This document shows, piece by piece, positions 29,536 to 38,082 of a DNA stretch of 64,000 nt. Origin of the DNA: an uncultured delta proteobacterium (GTDB lineage Bacteria > Desulfobacterota > Desulfobacteria > Desulfobacterales > SpSt-501). Position 1 is the stretch's first letter. Each line of letters opens with the position of its first letter. The stretch covers positions 82,837-146,836 of the forward strand of contig CAVQUW010000019.1 of assembly GCA_963716785.1 (NCBI GenBank). The letters are read 5' to 3'. The position numbers and the translations under genes were made by a program. Under the pieces are notes generated by a model that was not told the origin of the DNA, did no database searches, and saw nothing but the letters and a program-made list of their open reading frames with translations.

Positions 29536-30726
29536 TCAAGCGAGCTTCCACTTCCGGTTCAGCTCGTGGTGGGCGTCTGGGTCGATGGCGAGCCCCTTCA
29601 GCTGCGGCGCGTCGGACGGGTAGCGGTGGGCCCGGAACAGCATCTGACAGTGCACGTTCTTGAAGGGCATGACCATGGGGTTGATCCACTCCCAGCAGAC
29701 ATCGCCCTGCGGCGTCACCTCGAAGACCCGCCCCGATTGTCCTTCGCAGATCAAGGTGTTCCCGTTGGCGAGCCTTTCGGCACCGCCGATGTGCCCCGAG
29801 AAAAAGCTGAAGACGACCCGCGGCTGGTACTGCCAGACGATCTTGTCGGTAGCCGGGTCGACCTCCACCACCCGCGAGTGTGGGACCACCGGGTGGTGGG
29901 TGCCGTTGTCGAAGACGAGGACGTTGCCCTCCGGGGTGAAGCTCGCATCGTGCTGGTGGCTCAGGTGGATCCGGCCCCATTTCCACTCGAGCGTTCCGGT
30001 GGCCCAGTCCACGATGGCGACCCGGCTGATTTCGCGGAAACTCAACAAAAGTTTGCCGTCGCGCAGGTCGACCGAATTGCAGTGGGTCCACTCGTGCAGG
30101 AACTCCCGCGCGCAGCACTGGTCTTCGTCCACCCGGAAGTGTTCCCAGGCGTTCCAGCGCTTGACCACATCGCCCTGCGGCGTGATTTCAACGATGGCGT
30201 CCGAGAGGAACCCCGTCAGGTCCCGCGGGCGTCCGCCCACACCCAGGCCGGCCATGAAGAAGCTGACGTGCTGCGGGTCGGACCACTGCAGCTTCTCCTC
30301 TTCCTTGGCCATGCCGCCCATCACGCACTCGGCCACCTTCGGGTCGCACTGCGCCCAGGTGACCAGGATGGTGTTGCCGTTCGGCAGCCGGAACATGTCG
30401 TGGTGGAACGCGGGGTGCTCGAACCGCCAGAGCACCCGGTTGTCCTTGTCGATCTCGAGCAGGATGTCGGTGGCGCCGGCAGCCTGTCCGGCGCCGACCT
30501 GGTGTTCGGCCACCTTCTGCTGGCCGCGCACCAGGAGCGTGCCGCCCGGCAGCAGGTAGCCGTACCCGGGCATGAAATCCGGGGCCGACCAGGAGTGCAC
30601 GATGCGGCCCGCTTCGTCGATCAGGTAGGTGAACCCGGACCCCACCGGCGTCACCAGAGTGTATCCGCCGCCGGCCCGATTGTCGCGATGCGTCAATCCG
30701 GTTTTTTGAAACTCAGACCATCCCAT
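29536..30726 (-). CDS. Aryl-sulfate sulfotransferase (ASST) family beta-propeller, no signal peptide
   Basis: FHHDMFRLPNGNT, WTHCNSV, HQHDA, VFDNG, SRVVEVDP, ERLANGNTLICEG. Confidence 0.82.
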   Translation of the reverse strand: MGWSEFQKTGLTHRDNRAGGGYTLVTPVGSGFTYLIDEAGRIVHSWSAPDFMPGYGYLLPGGTLLVRGQQKVAEHQVGAGQAAGATDILLEIDKDNRVLWRFEHPAFHHDMFRLPNGNTILVTWAQCDPKVAECVMGGMAKEEEKLQWSDPQHVSFFMAGLGVGGRPRDLTGFLSDAIVEITPQGDVVKRWNAWEHFRVDEDQCCAREFLHEWTHCNSVDLRDGKLLLSFREISRVAIVDWATGTLEWKWGRIHLSHQHDASFTPEGNVLVFDNGTHHPVVPHSRVVEVDPATDKIVWQYQPRVVFSFFSGHIGGAERLANGNTLICEGQSGRVFEVTPQGDVCWEWINPMVMPFKNVHCQMLFRAHRYPSDAPQLKGLAIDPDAHHELNRKWKLA

Positions 30727-30781
30727 AATCGTAATTTCCTTTGCGCTCTCTGTGTCCCTGTGGTGAATGATCTTTCTTTCC

Positions 30782-31666
30782 CTATCCCAGATCGAGCGAC
30801 ATGAGCTCCTCGCCGAACACGATCTCTCCCCCGAAGATCCCAGCCATGTCCGCCACCGCCCGCTCGGGAGAGCCGGGTCGGGCCAGGTTCGGCCCCTGGT
30901 GAGCCACGACCAGCCGCCCGGCCCCCGCGTCCCTGGCCATCGCGGCGGCGTCCAGCGTGCCGCAGAACCCGGCCCGCAGCGTCGCCGACATGTTCTGCTG
31001 ATGATCCCAGACGTTGACCACCAGCGTCTGCGCGCCGCGCGCCAGTTCCGCCACATCGCGGTGGAAACCGGCATCGCCGGTGATCGCGAGCGAGCCCCCG
31101 TCCCAGTCGACCCGGTAGCACAGGCATTGGAGCTGCGGCTGAAGGTGCACGGCCGTGCCGACGGTGACGCGGCAGCGGCCGGTCTCGATCCGGTCGCCGG
31201 CCGCGATGTCCGCCACGTCGAACCGGGGGGGCGGCCGCGGCACCTGCCCCCCACGGGCGGCGTAGACCGCCTGGCTCGCGGGATGCTCCACCCGGGCGCG
31301 CCAGTCGTCGTTGAACACCCCTTCGGGCCCGATCAGCCGCTCGGTGATCCGCGCGGTGGGCGGCGGCCCGTACACCTTGAGCCTGGGCACCCCCGGCCGT
31401 TCGTGGTCCCAGCGGCACAGCAGAAAGCAGGGGGTGTCGGCATTGTGGTCATAGTGGTGGTGCGTGAAGAACAGATGCGAGATGTCGGTCGGCGCCACCC
31501 CTGCCTTCACCATCTTGTGGGTGGCCGCCGGGCCGCAGTCGAACATCAGGTGCTCACCCTCCACCCGCAGCACCAGGCAACTGCCGAAACGCTCGGGGGT
31601 CGGGGTCGGGGTGCCGCAGCCGACGAGCCACAGACTGGGGGGAGTCTTGTCCGCGGGTGACGCCAT
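30782..31666 (-). CDS. RNase Z/AtsA-like metallo-beta-lactamase-fold hydrolase
   Basis: LVGCGTPTP, FDCGP, FTHHHYDH, VYGP, ITGD, LVVAH. Confidence 0.85.
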   Translation of the reverse strand: MASPADKTPPSLWLVGCGTPTPTPERFGSCLVLRVEGEHLMFDCGPAATHKMVKAGVAPTDISHLFFTHHHYDHNADTPCFLLCRWDHERPGVPRLKVYGPPPTARITERLIGPEGVFNDDWRARVEHPASQAVYAARGGQVPRPPPRFDVADIAAGDRIETGRCRVTVGTAVHLQPQLQCLCYRVDWDGGSLAITGDAGFHRDVAELARGAQTLVVNVWDHQQNMSATLRAGFCGTLDAAAMARDAGAGRLVVAHQGPNLARPGSPERAVADMAGIFGGEIVFGEELMSLDLG

Positions 31667-31686
31667 AGGATGTTCCTCTTCTCAGC

Positions 31687-32991
31687 CTAACCCTGCAGGC
31701 GCTCGAGGTTGGCGACGGCGCGGCGCACGGCGCTGTTCCAGGCGCCCCGCGCCTGGACGTTGACTTCATTTTCCGCCCGTTCCTTGAACAGCAGACCGTA
31801 AACGCCCCAGGCCTCGGCGTTGTCGGGCTCGGCCTCGACCACCCATTCCGCCAGCTGGCAGGCCAGAGCGGTCCGGCCCTTCCCTTGCAACTGCTGCGCT
31901 TGGCGCACGACTGCGCCGGCGCCCCCGGCGAGGCCGACCACCTCGCGCCCCAGCGCGGCATAGTCCGGCGGAAAGAGCTCCGCCGGGCGGCCGGAGTAAT
32001 ACCCGGCGTAGCGCTTGTAAATGCCCCGGGCGACGAACACCGGGTGCCCGTAGACCGGCGGCAGCCACTTGGAATTCGCGAGCTCATCGGGCAGCTTGAG
32101 GCTGTTGATGGTCTCCTCCAGGATCATGCTTCGGTTCAGGCACGCCACCACGTGGTCCTGGATGTGGTGCAGGTAGCGCGCGGTGGTGAGCAGACAGTTG
32201 CGGATCTCATCCCGGCCATAGATGACCGGGCCGTGGCCGGGGCAGAGCACCTCCGCCCCGAGCGCGGCCATTTCCTCCAGGGCCTTGGCGTTCTCAAGGG
32301 CGAAACGCTGCATCTTGAAGGGGTTGCCGAGATTGGGGGCCGTCCACTGGAACAGGTCGCCGCAGGCGAGCACCTTGCGCTCGAGATCGTAGACCCAGAT
32401 GGTGTCCTCGGTGTGGCCGTGGCCGAAAACGACCAGGAATGTGCTCGCGTTCAGCCTCAGCGTCAAGCGCTCCTGGAATTCGACGTCGGGGTAGACGAAG
32501 ATGTCCTGCAGGTCGAAGTCCACCTGGAACTGGCGCTTGTCGGTGGCGATGCGGTGCCCCTCGAGCAGCTTGTTCTTTTCGATCCGCTCCCGCAGGTTGC
32601 GGTGCCCGATGACGCGCGGCCGGGCGAACCCGCGCCTGACGTTGTCCTGGACGTAGTGGGCCGTGCCCAGACAGTGGTCCACGTGGCCGTGGGTGATCAC
32701 GATGGAGTCGAAAGGCAGATCGGTCTTTTCGCGCAGCACCGCGATCGCTTCCGGGGCCTTGAACCCGAGCTGGCAGTCCACCTGCAGGAGCCGGTCCCCG
32801 CACACAAACGTCACCGAGTTGGCGACGCTGTAGACATGAATGACCCCCGGCGCCACCTCCTCGGGCGGCCCGACGTAGACGTAGGCCGCCTCCTCCCGGC
32901 TTTTGCCGGGGTGGTGGCCGAACGCCAGGACAATCCCCTCCAAATGCTGTTTCAATGCGCCAAGCGTGCTCATCGCAGAGTTCCTTTTCAT
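31687..32991 (-). CDS. Alkyl-sulfatase-like (SdsA/Bds1-type) MBL-fold hydrolase with dimerisation domain
   Basis: ITHGHVDH, GHGHTED, GDLF..PNLGNP.K.QR, PGHG, PVYGHP.FVARGIYKRYAGYYSG.PAELFP. Confidence 0.82.
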   Translation of the reverse strand: MKRNSAMSTLGALKQHLEGIVLAFGHHPGKSREEAAYVYVGPPEEVAPGVIHVYSVANSVTFVCGDRLLQVDCQLGFKAPEAIAVLREKTDLPFDSIVITHGHVDHCLGTAHYVQDNVRRGFARPRVIGHRNLRERIEKNKLLEGHRIATDKRQFQVDFDLQDIFVYPDVEFQERLTLRLNASTFLVVFGHGHTEDTIWVYDLERKVLACGDLFQWTAPNLGNPFKMQRFALENAKALEEMAALGAEVLCPGHGPVIYGRDEIRNCLLTTARYLHHIQDHVVACLNRSMILEETINSLKLPDELANSKWLPPVYGHPVFVARGIYKRYAGYYSGRPAELFPPDYAALGREVVGLAGGAGAVVRQAQQLQGKGRTALACQLAEWVVEAEPDNAEAWGVYGLLFKERAENEVNVQARGAWNSAVRRAVANLERLQG

Positions 32992-32997
32992 GTGTCG

Positions 32998-34491
32998 TCA
33001 CCCTTTGCCTTGAATGGAGGCCATGCGCGACAGCCGCCAGGCCGCCAGAACGGTCAGCAGCCCGAAGACCAGCGCGACCGGGTGTTGGAACAGCACCGCC
33101 CAGCTGCCCTGAACCAGAATGAGCGACTGGCGCAGCCGCAGCTCGATCATCGGCCCCAGGATGAAACCGATCAGGAAGGTGACGAAGGAGAGGTCCATTT
33201 TCTTCATCAGGTATCCGAACACCCCGAAAATGATGGCCAGCCAGACCGCGAACATGCCGTTGCCTTCCATGTAGGCGCCCAGGAAGCACAGGTAGACGAT
33301 CACCGGACACAGGATCACGTCCGGCACCCGGGTCAGGCGCGCGAAGACGTTCAACCCCATCCGCCCGATCGGCAGCATCACGAAGCTCGCCAGCATGATG
33401 GTGCCGTAAATGCCGTAGATCAGCCGCGGGTTCTGCTCGAACATCAGCGGCCCCGGCGTCACCCCGTGCACCATGAGCGCGCCGATCAGCATGGCGGCCG
33501 CCACCGAGCCCGGGATGCCCAGCGCAAAGAGCGGGATCAGTGCGGATGCGGTCACCGAGTTGTCGGCTGCCTCCGCGGCGGCCACCCCCTCGAGCTCGCC
33601 CTGGCCGAAGCGCTCCGGGTGTTTGGAAGCGCGCTTGGCGAGGGCATAGCCCAGAAACGAGGCGATCGTCGCCCCCAGGCCGGGCAGGATGCCGATCACC
33701 GTCCCCACGAAGCTCGAGCGCAGCATGCTGCGCAGGCTGGCCTTGAGCTCGCCCCAGGTCAGGCCCTCCTCGCGCGCTGCGTCTGATGCCGAAGCCGCTG
33801 CCGGGCCGCCGGGTTGGCTGACGACCTGCTCGATCTGGATCATCATCTCGGAGATCGCCAGGGTCCCGACGCCGACCGCGAGCAGCGGGATTCCGTCCTG
33901 AAGCTCGATGAAGCCGAAGGTCAGACGCGGGATGGCCGTCTCCACGTCGAGCCCGACGCTGGAGACGAAAATCCCCAGCAGCCCGGCGATCAAGCCCTTG
34001 GTCAGGGAATTGCCGGAGAGGGCGGCGATGAAGGTCAGCGAGAAGAAGAGCACCGAACAGATCTCGATCGGCCCCATCCTGAGCGCCATCTTGGCGAGCG
34101 GCGCGGCCACCAGGATGAGCACCAGGGTGGCGAACAGGTCCCCGAAAAAAGCGGCGTACAAGGCGATCGTGAGGGCTTTGCGCGCCCGGCCCTGCCGCGC
34201 ACAGGGGTAGCCGTCCAGGCAGGTGGCGGCCGATGAGGGCTCACCCGGCGTGTTGAGCAGGATGGAGGTGATGGCCCCGCCGGCCGCCCCGCCCTTGCTG
34301 ATCCCGATCAGAAGCGCGATCGCCGCCAGCGGGGTCGTGTGGTAGGTGAAGGGCAGTGCGATCGCCAGGGCCGTGACCCGGTTCAAGCCGGGCAGGACAC
34401 CGACCACGTAGCCGAAGACCAGGCCGATGACCAGCGCGGCGATGCTCGCCAGGCTGAATATGTCCTTGAAAGCCAGGGCCAGTTCGTTCAC
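32998..34491 (-). CDS. tctA: Tripartite tricarboxylate transporter large subunit
   Basis: GVLPGL, ILLNTPGEPSSAATCLDGYP, AEAADNS, LGIPGS, PGPLMF. Confidence 0.93.
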   Translation of the reverse strand: MNELALAFKDIFSLASIAALVIGLVFGYVVGVLPGLNRVTALAIALPFTYHTTPLAAIALLIGISKGGAAGGAITSILLNTPGEPSSAATCLDGYPCARQGRARKALTIALYAAFFGDLFATLVLILVAAPLAKMALRMGPIEICSVLFFSLTFIAALSGNSLTKGLIAGLLGIFVSSVGLDVETAIPRLTFGFIELQDGIPLLAVGVGTLAISEMMIQIEQVVSQPGGPAAASASDAAREEGLTWGELKASLRSMLRSSFVGTVIGILPGLGATIASFLGYALAKRASKHPERFGQGELEGVAAAEAADNSVTASALIPLFALGIPGSVAAAMLIGALMVHGVTPGPLMFEQNPRLIYGIYGTIMLASFVMLPIGRMGLNVFARLTRVPDVILCPVIVYLCFLGAYMEGNGMFAVWLAIIFGVFGYLMKKMDLSFVTFLIGFILGPMIELRLRQSLILVQGSWAVLFQHPVALVFGLLTVLAAWRLSRMASIQGKG

Positions 34492-34532
34492 GACACCCCC
34501 TGTTCCATTGATCGGTGGATTTCAGCGCGGCT

Positions 34533-34973
34533 TCAAGCCAGGTTCAATGCATAGGTCATAAATAAATAGCACAGGCCCGCCGCGGCGCAGGCGGTCGTCA
34601 CAATAACGAGCGGCCTTCTCTCGCCCATGCACAGCATGTAGCCCGCGATCACCGGCACCCCCCCCGCCAGAAACCCCAAGTATTGAATGATCACCCCTGA
34701 GACCGCAAGCGACACCACGACAAAGGCAAACCAGCGCGAGGCACTTTGCGTGACGACCGGCCCCGCTTCGGGTTTCCCGGAGATAAGCGCCCTGGCGGTC
34801 AGGAGCAGGGAAAGTCCCCCGACCAGAACCATGGTGAAATTGGCCATGAAGGCCGGGGGCATGGCACTCTCATCCGAGGAGGCGCGGATCTGGGAGGGGA
34901 TCACCCAGACCAGCATGGCCAGGGCGAAAAGGGCCAGGGCGGCACCCGTCAACGCATCGGTTTTACGTTTCAT
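34533..34973 (-). CDS. tctB: Tripartite tricarboxylate transporter small subunit
   Basis: About 146 aa with 4 TM helices, between tctC and tctA. Confidence 0.8.
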   Translation of the reverse strand: MKRKTDALTGAALALFALAMLVWVIPSQIRASSDESAMPPAFMANFTMVLVGGLSLLLTARALISGKPEAGPVVTQSASRWFAFVVVSLAVSGVIIQYLGFLAGGVPVIAGYMLCMGERRPLVIVTTACAAAGLCYLFMTYALNLA

Positions 34974-35021
34974 GGGGTCACGGTCCTTTCAGGCGGTTCG
35001 CGCGGCGGGTCGGACCCTGCG

Positions 35022-35966
35022 TCACTTCTGGGCATCCATCATCTTCTTGTAGCTGGCGCTCATCTTTTGAATCGCACCGGTTATTTTTGCCGAGTCCAGG
35101 TACAGGGGCACCCAGTGGATCTTGTTCTTCATCATGTCGACATATTCCGGGTCCTGGATGGCCTTGGCAAAAGCATCCGAAAGCTTTTTGCCGACCTCGG
35201 CGGGCAATCCCTTGGGGGCCGCGATGACCACATAGTTTTCAAACGTGATGTCATAGCCCAGTTCTTCGAGCGTCGGGATATCCGGGAAATCCACCAGACG
35301 ATCGGACCCGAGGCCGGCCAACACCGTCATTTGCCCGGCCTTGGCGTAGGAATAGTGGACCCCGCCGCTGAAACCGAAGTCCACATGCTTGCCCATGACG
35401 GCCGTGATGACCTCCGCCCCGCCCTTGGTCGGAACAGCGTTGAATTTCACGGCTTCCCTGGTCCCGACCTCACGCATGAAAATCTTGTCCAGGGGGATCA
35501 TCGAGGCGAAGCTCAGATTCCGCTTCTTGGCCTCAACCATCATGGACTTCCAGTCCTTCCAGGGGTGGTCGGGGCTTGAGACGAAGGCTTCCTGGCCCTT
35601 GCCGCTGGCGGCGATGTAGGTGAAGTCATCGGCCGTGTAGGTGCTGTCGCCGATGTGCGGGTTGAAGGTGTAGGCCGTGGCCATGTTCAGGCACAGCGTG
35701 TAGCCGTCGGGCTTGGCCGATTTGAGCATCGCGGCCGCCACACCGCCGCCGGCGCCGGGTTTATTCTCGACCACCATGGGCTGGCCGAGGATGTTGCCCG
35801 CGGCCTTCGCCAGAATCCGCGCGACGGCATCCACATTGCCGCCGACCTGAAAGCCGGCCGTCAGTTGGATCGGGCGCTCGGGATACTCCGCGTTTGCCGG
35901 AACGGCGCCAAAGGCGATCCCCATCACGACGAACAGTGCCACCCAAACTGCCGGTTGCCTCTTCAT
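35022..35966 (-). CDS. tctC: Tripartite tricarboxylate transporter substrate-binding protein (Bug)
   Basis: Signal peptide; YPERPI, GGNVDAVAR, VENKPGAGG, PDGYT, PDIPTLEELG. Confidence 0.93.
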   Translation of the reverse strand: MKRQPAVWVALFVVMGIAFGAVPANAEYPERPIQLTAGFQVGGNVDAVARILAKAAGNILGQPMVVENKPGAGGGVAAAMLKSAKPDGYTLCLNMATAYTFNPHIGDSTYTADDFTYIAASGKGQEAFVSSPDHPWKDWKSMMVEAKKRNLSFASMIPLDKIFMREVGTREAVKFNAVPTKGGAEVITAVMGKHVDFGFSGGVHYSYAKAGQMTVLAGLGSDRLVDFPDIPTLEELGYDITFENYVVIAAPKGLPAEVGKKLSDAFAKAIQDPEYVDMMKNKIHWVPLYLDSAKITGAIQKMSASYKKMMDAQK

Positions 35967-36031
35967 GATCCACCTCCTCGGGTTTGTTTTTGCTTCGAGC
36001 TTTCAGCTTCAGGCTTCGAGCTCATTCATGT

Positions 36032-36859
36032 TCAATCCTCGGATGACTCGATGCCGGCCAGACGGTAGGCCCCCTGGGGGTGCGAGGCGCTGCCCGACAT
36101 GCCCCGGCGGCTGATTTCCGTGAAATAGACCTCGTCCCACTCGATGTTGGCGAGGTTGACCTCGGTCCCGAACATTTTGATCAGCCAGAACAGGATTTTT
36201 ACCTTGTAGGCTTTGGTGGCATCCGGCAGCACCGCCACGGGCAGCTCGAACATGAGCCTGTCCAGCGACACCCGCCGGGCGAGGGCCTCCACCACGTCCT
36301 CCTTGATCCCGCCGTGGAACAACTCATGGGCCTCGAGCAGCACCAGGTGGGCCCCGGCCTCCAGGCAGTTCTCCACATCGGCGATCAACGCCTCCCGGGA
36401 CATGCCGCCCTCCTTGCGCCCGACCTCGCCCATGACCTGCAGGCCGAACTCGTCGACGGCCTTGGCGATCACGGCCTTTTTACGGGCGGGGTCGATCCGC
36501 AAGAGGTTGTCGGAAACCTCGATGCCTTTGAATCCGGCCTCGGCCGCCTCGTTCAAAAACACCTCAAAACGGCCCTGCGCGATGGCGAGCTCGGTGAACA
36601 ACCCGCCCGGGAAGGTGAACACGTTCGCTTGCGCGTAGAGGTCGATTTTATGTTTGAGGTATCCGGTGTCCATGACGCGGGGGATGCCGGCGGCGATCTT
36701 CGCCTCGTCCACGAACCGGCCCTGGGCTTCGAGACAATCGCGCTGAAGACCGAGCGGCAGGCCCCAGTCGATCATCATGGTCAACCCCCGACGCCGCGGC
36801 TTTTCCTCGCGCTCGGGGATCGGGATGCCGGAAAACGCCAGTGGTGCTTCTGAGACCAT
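36032..36859 (-). CDS. comA: Phosphosulfolactate synthase (ComA) family protein, divergent
   Basis: KPRRRGLTMMID.G, PGGLFTE, IEVSD, GEVGRK, LLEA, MFE.P, FGTEVNLANI, E..RRG. Confidence 0.82.
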   Translation of the reverse strand: MVSEAPLAFSGIPIPEREEKPRRRGLTMMIDWGLPLGLQRDCLEAQGRFVDEAKIAAGIPRVMDTGYLKHKIDLYAQANVFTFPGGLFTELAIAQGRFEVFLNEAAEAGFKGIEVSDNLLRIDPARKKAVIAKAVDEFGLQVMGEVGRKEGGMSREALIADVENCLEAGAHLVLLEAHELFHGGIKEDVVEALARRVSLDRLMFELPVAVLPDATKAYKVKILFWLIKMFGTEVNLANIEWDEVYFTEISRRGMSGSASHPQGAYRLAGIESSED

Positions 36860-36978
36860 TTCAGTGTCCTTCCCTGTCATGCGATGATTCGGTGCCGGAG
36901 GCCGCCGCATGAGCTTCTCCGCGGTCTTTCACCGGCGGTCTCCTTGTGGGGCAAGCCCGACACTCCCTTGCGGTTGTC

Positions 36979-37740
36979 TCACACAACGGCTTCATAAAAC
37001 CCCATGTAGCGGCTGATCTCCGCCGCCGTCTGCATCAAGGATTCCACGAGATCCGGCTGCTTGCCGCCGAACAGATCGCTTTCGCCGCCCGTCAGGCTGA
37101 TCGATGCGGCCAGGCTGCCGCCGCTTTGGAAAAGGGGGACCGCCAGGCTGGCGCGCGCAAGGGCGAGCTCCTGGTTGTTGATCGCAAACCCTCGTGAACG
37201 AGTCTCCAGGATCTCTTTTTTGATCTTCGTCTTTGAGACGAGGGTCCGGGCGGTGTAGGCGAACGGCTGGAGCTCTTTCAGGTAGGTGTCCAGCTCTTGC
37301 GGAGCGAGATGCGCCAGCAGGGCGCGGCCGAGGGCCGAGCAATAAGCCGCCACCCGCGGACCGATCCTGGCGGCGGTGGCTTCGGTGTCCTGGCGCGACA
37401 CGTTCAAGGTGATGAGCGCGGCGTCGGCGTCCCAGATGGCGACGCGGCAGATCAGGCCGGTCCGTTCCGCAAGGCGGTGGGCCGGCCCGCTGGCCTTCTG
37501 ATTGATCTCGAGCGTCCCGACCATGACCGACCCCAATGTGAACAGTTTGGGCCCCAGGCCGTAACGTCGGGTCGCGGGGTCCTGCTGCAGGAAGCCGCTC
37601 GCCGTGAGGGTGCTGACAATGTTGTGGGTCGTCCCCTTCGGCAGACCCATCGCTTTGGCAATTTCGGAGATGCCCCAGCGCGGCTGGGAGAAGGAAAAAA
37701 GGGACAGGATCCCGATGGCTTTTTCGACGGATTGAATCAT
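36979..37740 (-). CDS. IclR family regulator
   Basis: IQSVEKAIGIL, ISEIAKAMGLPKGTTHNIVSTL, YCSALGRALLA, RGFAINNQE. Confidence 0.93.
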   Translation of the reverse strand: MIQSVEKAIGILSLFSFSQPRWGISEIAKAMGLPKGTTHNIVSTLTASGFLQQDPATRRYGLGPKLFTLGSVMVGTLEINQKASGPAHRLAERTGLICRVAIWDADAALITLNVSRQDTEATAARIGPRVAAYCSALGRALLAHLAPQELDTYLKELQPFAYTARTLVSKTKIKKEILETRSRGFAINNQELALARASLAVPLFQSGGSLAASISLTGGESDLFGGKQPDLVESLMQTAAEISRYMGFYEAVV

Positions 37741-37746
37741 GTAAAA

Positions 37747-37783
37747 GTTCCATAATGTGGAACATTGTTCTGCTATAATGAAC
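37747..37783. promoter_or_regulatory. Tandem putative IclR operators
   Basis: GTTCCATAATGTGGAAC (37747-37763) and GTTCTGCTATAATGAAC (37767-37783) directly upstream of the iclR ATG; minus-strand TTGACA at 37800-37805. Confidence 0.6.
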
Positions 37784-38021
37784 TATAATACGAACCGCTT
37801 GTCAACCATTTTTTTCATGGGCGCTGTTTTCTGATTCGCATTTATTTTATTGGTAGGGGTTGGAGGGGCGCGGAAGTGCAAAAAGCTCAGGCGGGGAATT
37901 TCGACTATCTCGATAGAAGTCATCCCAAGCGATGACTTTGTAGGAAGCAGGTAATGGCGCGCAGCGCCGTTCCGTCGGCAATTAAGTGGCAGTCCCTGCA
38001 GGAGTGCACCCCGCCACGACG

Positions 38022-38045
38022 ATCGCGGCAAGATGCCGCTCCCAC
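38022..38045 (-). repeat. REP-like element (family A) with degenerate inverted partner at 37998-38020
   Basis: Reverse complement is GTGGGAGCGGCATCTTGCCGCGAT. Confidence 0.6.
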
Positions 38046-38082
38046 AGTAAAAAAACTTCAGAGGAGGTCGGCACCCACCGGG

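Noticed and set aside
30727..31254. N-terminal extension of the ASST ORF
   Set aside because: Overlaps the RNase Z-like gene in another frame; a good RBS and start exist at 30726
30782..31666. Housekeeping tRNA RNase Z
   Set aside because: Embedded in a transport/catabolic operon, so the fold is more likely used on a small molecule; not provable from sequence alone
36032..36859. Coenzyme M biosynthesis cluster
   Set aside because: No comB-E or xcb-type partners; the context is uptake plus hydrolases
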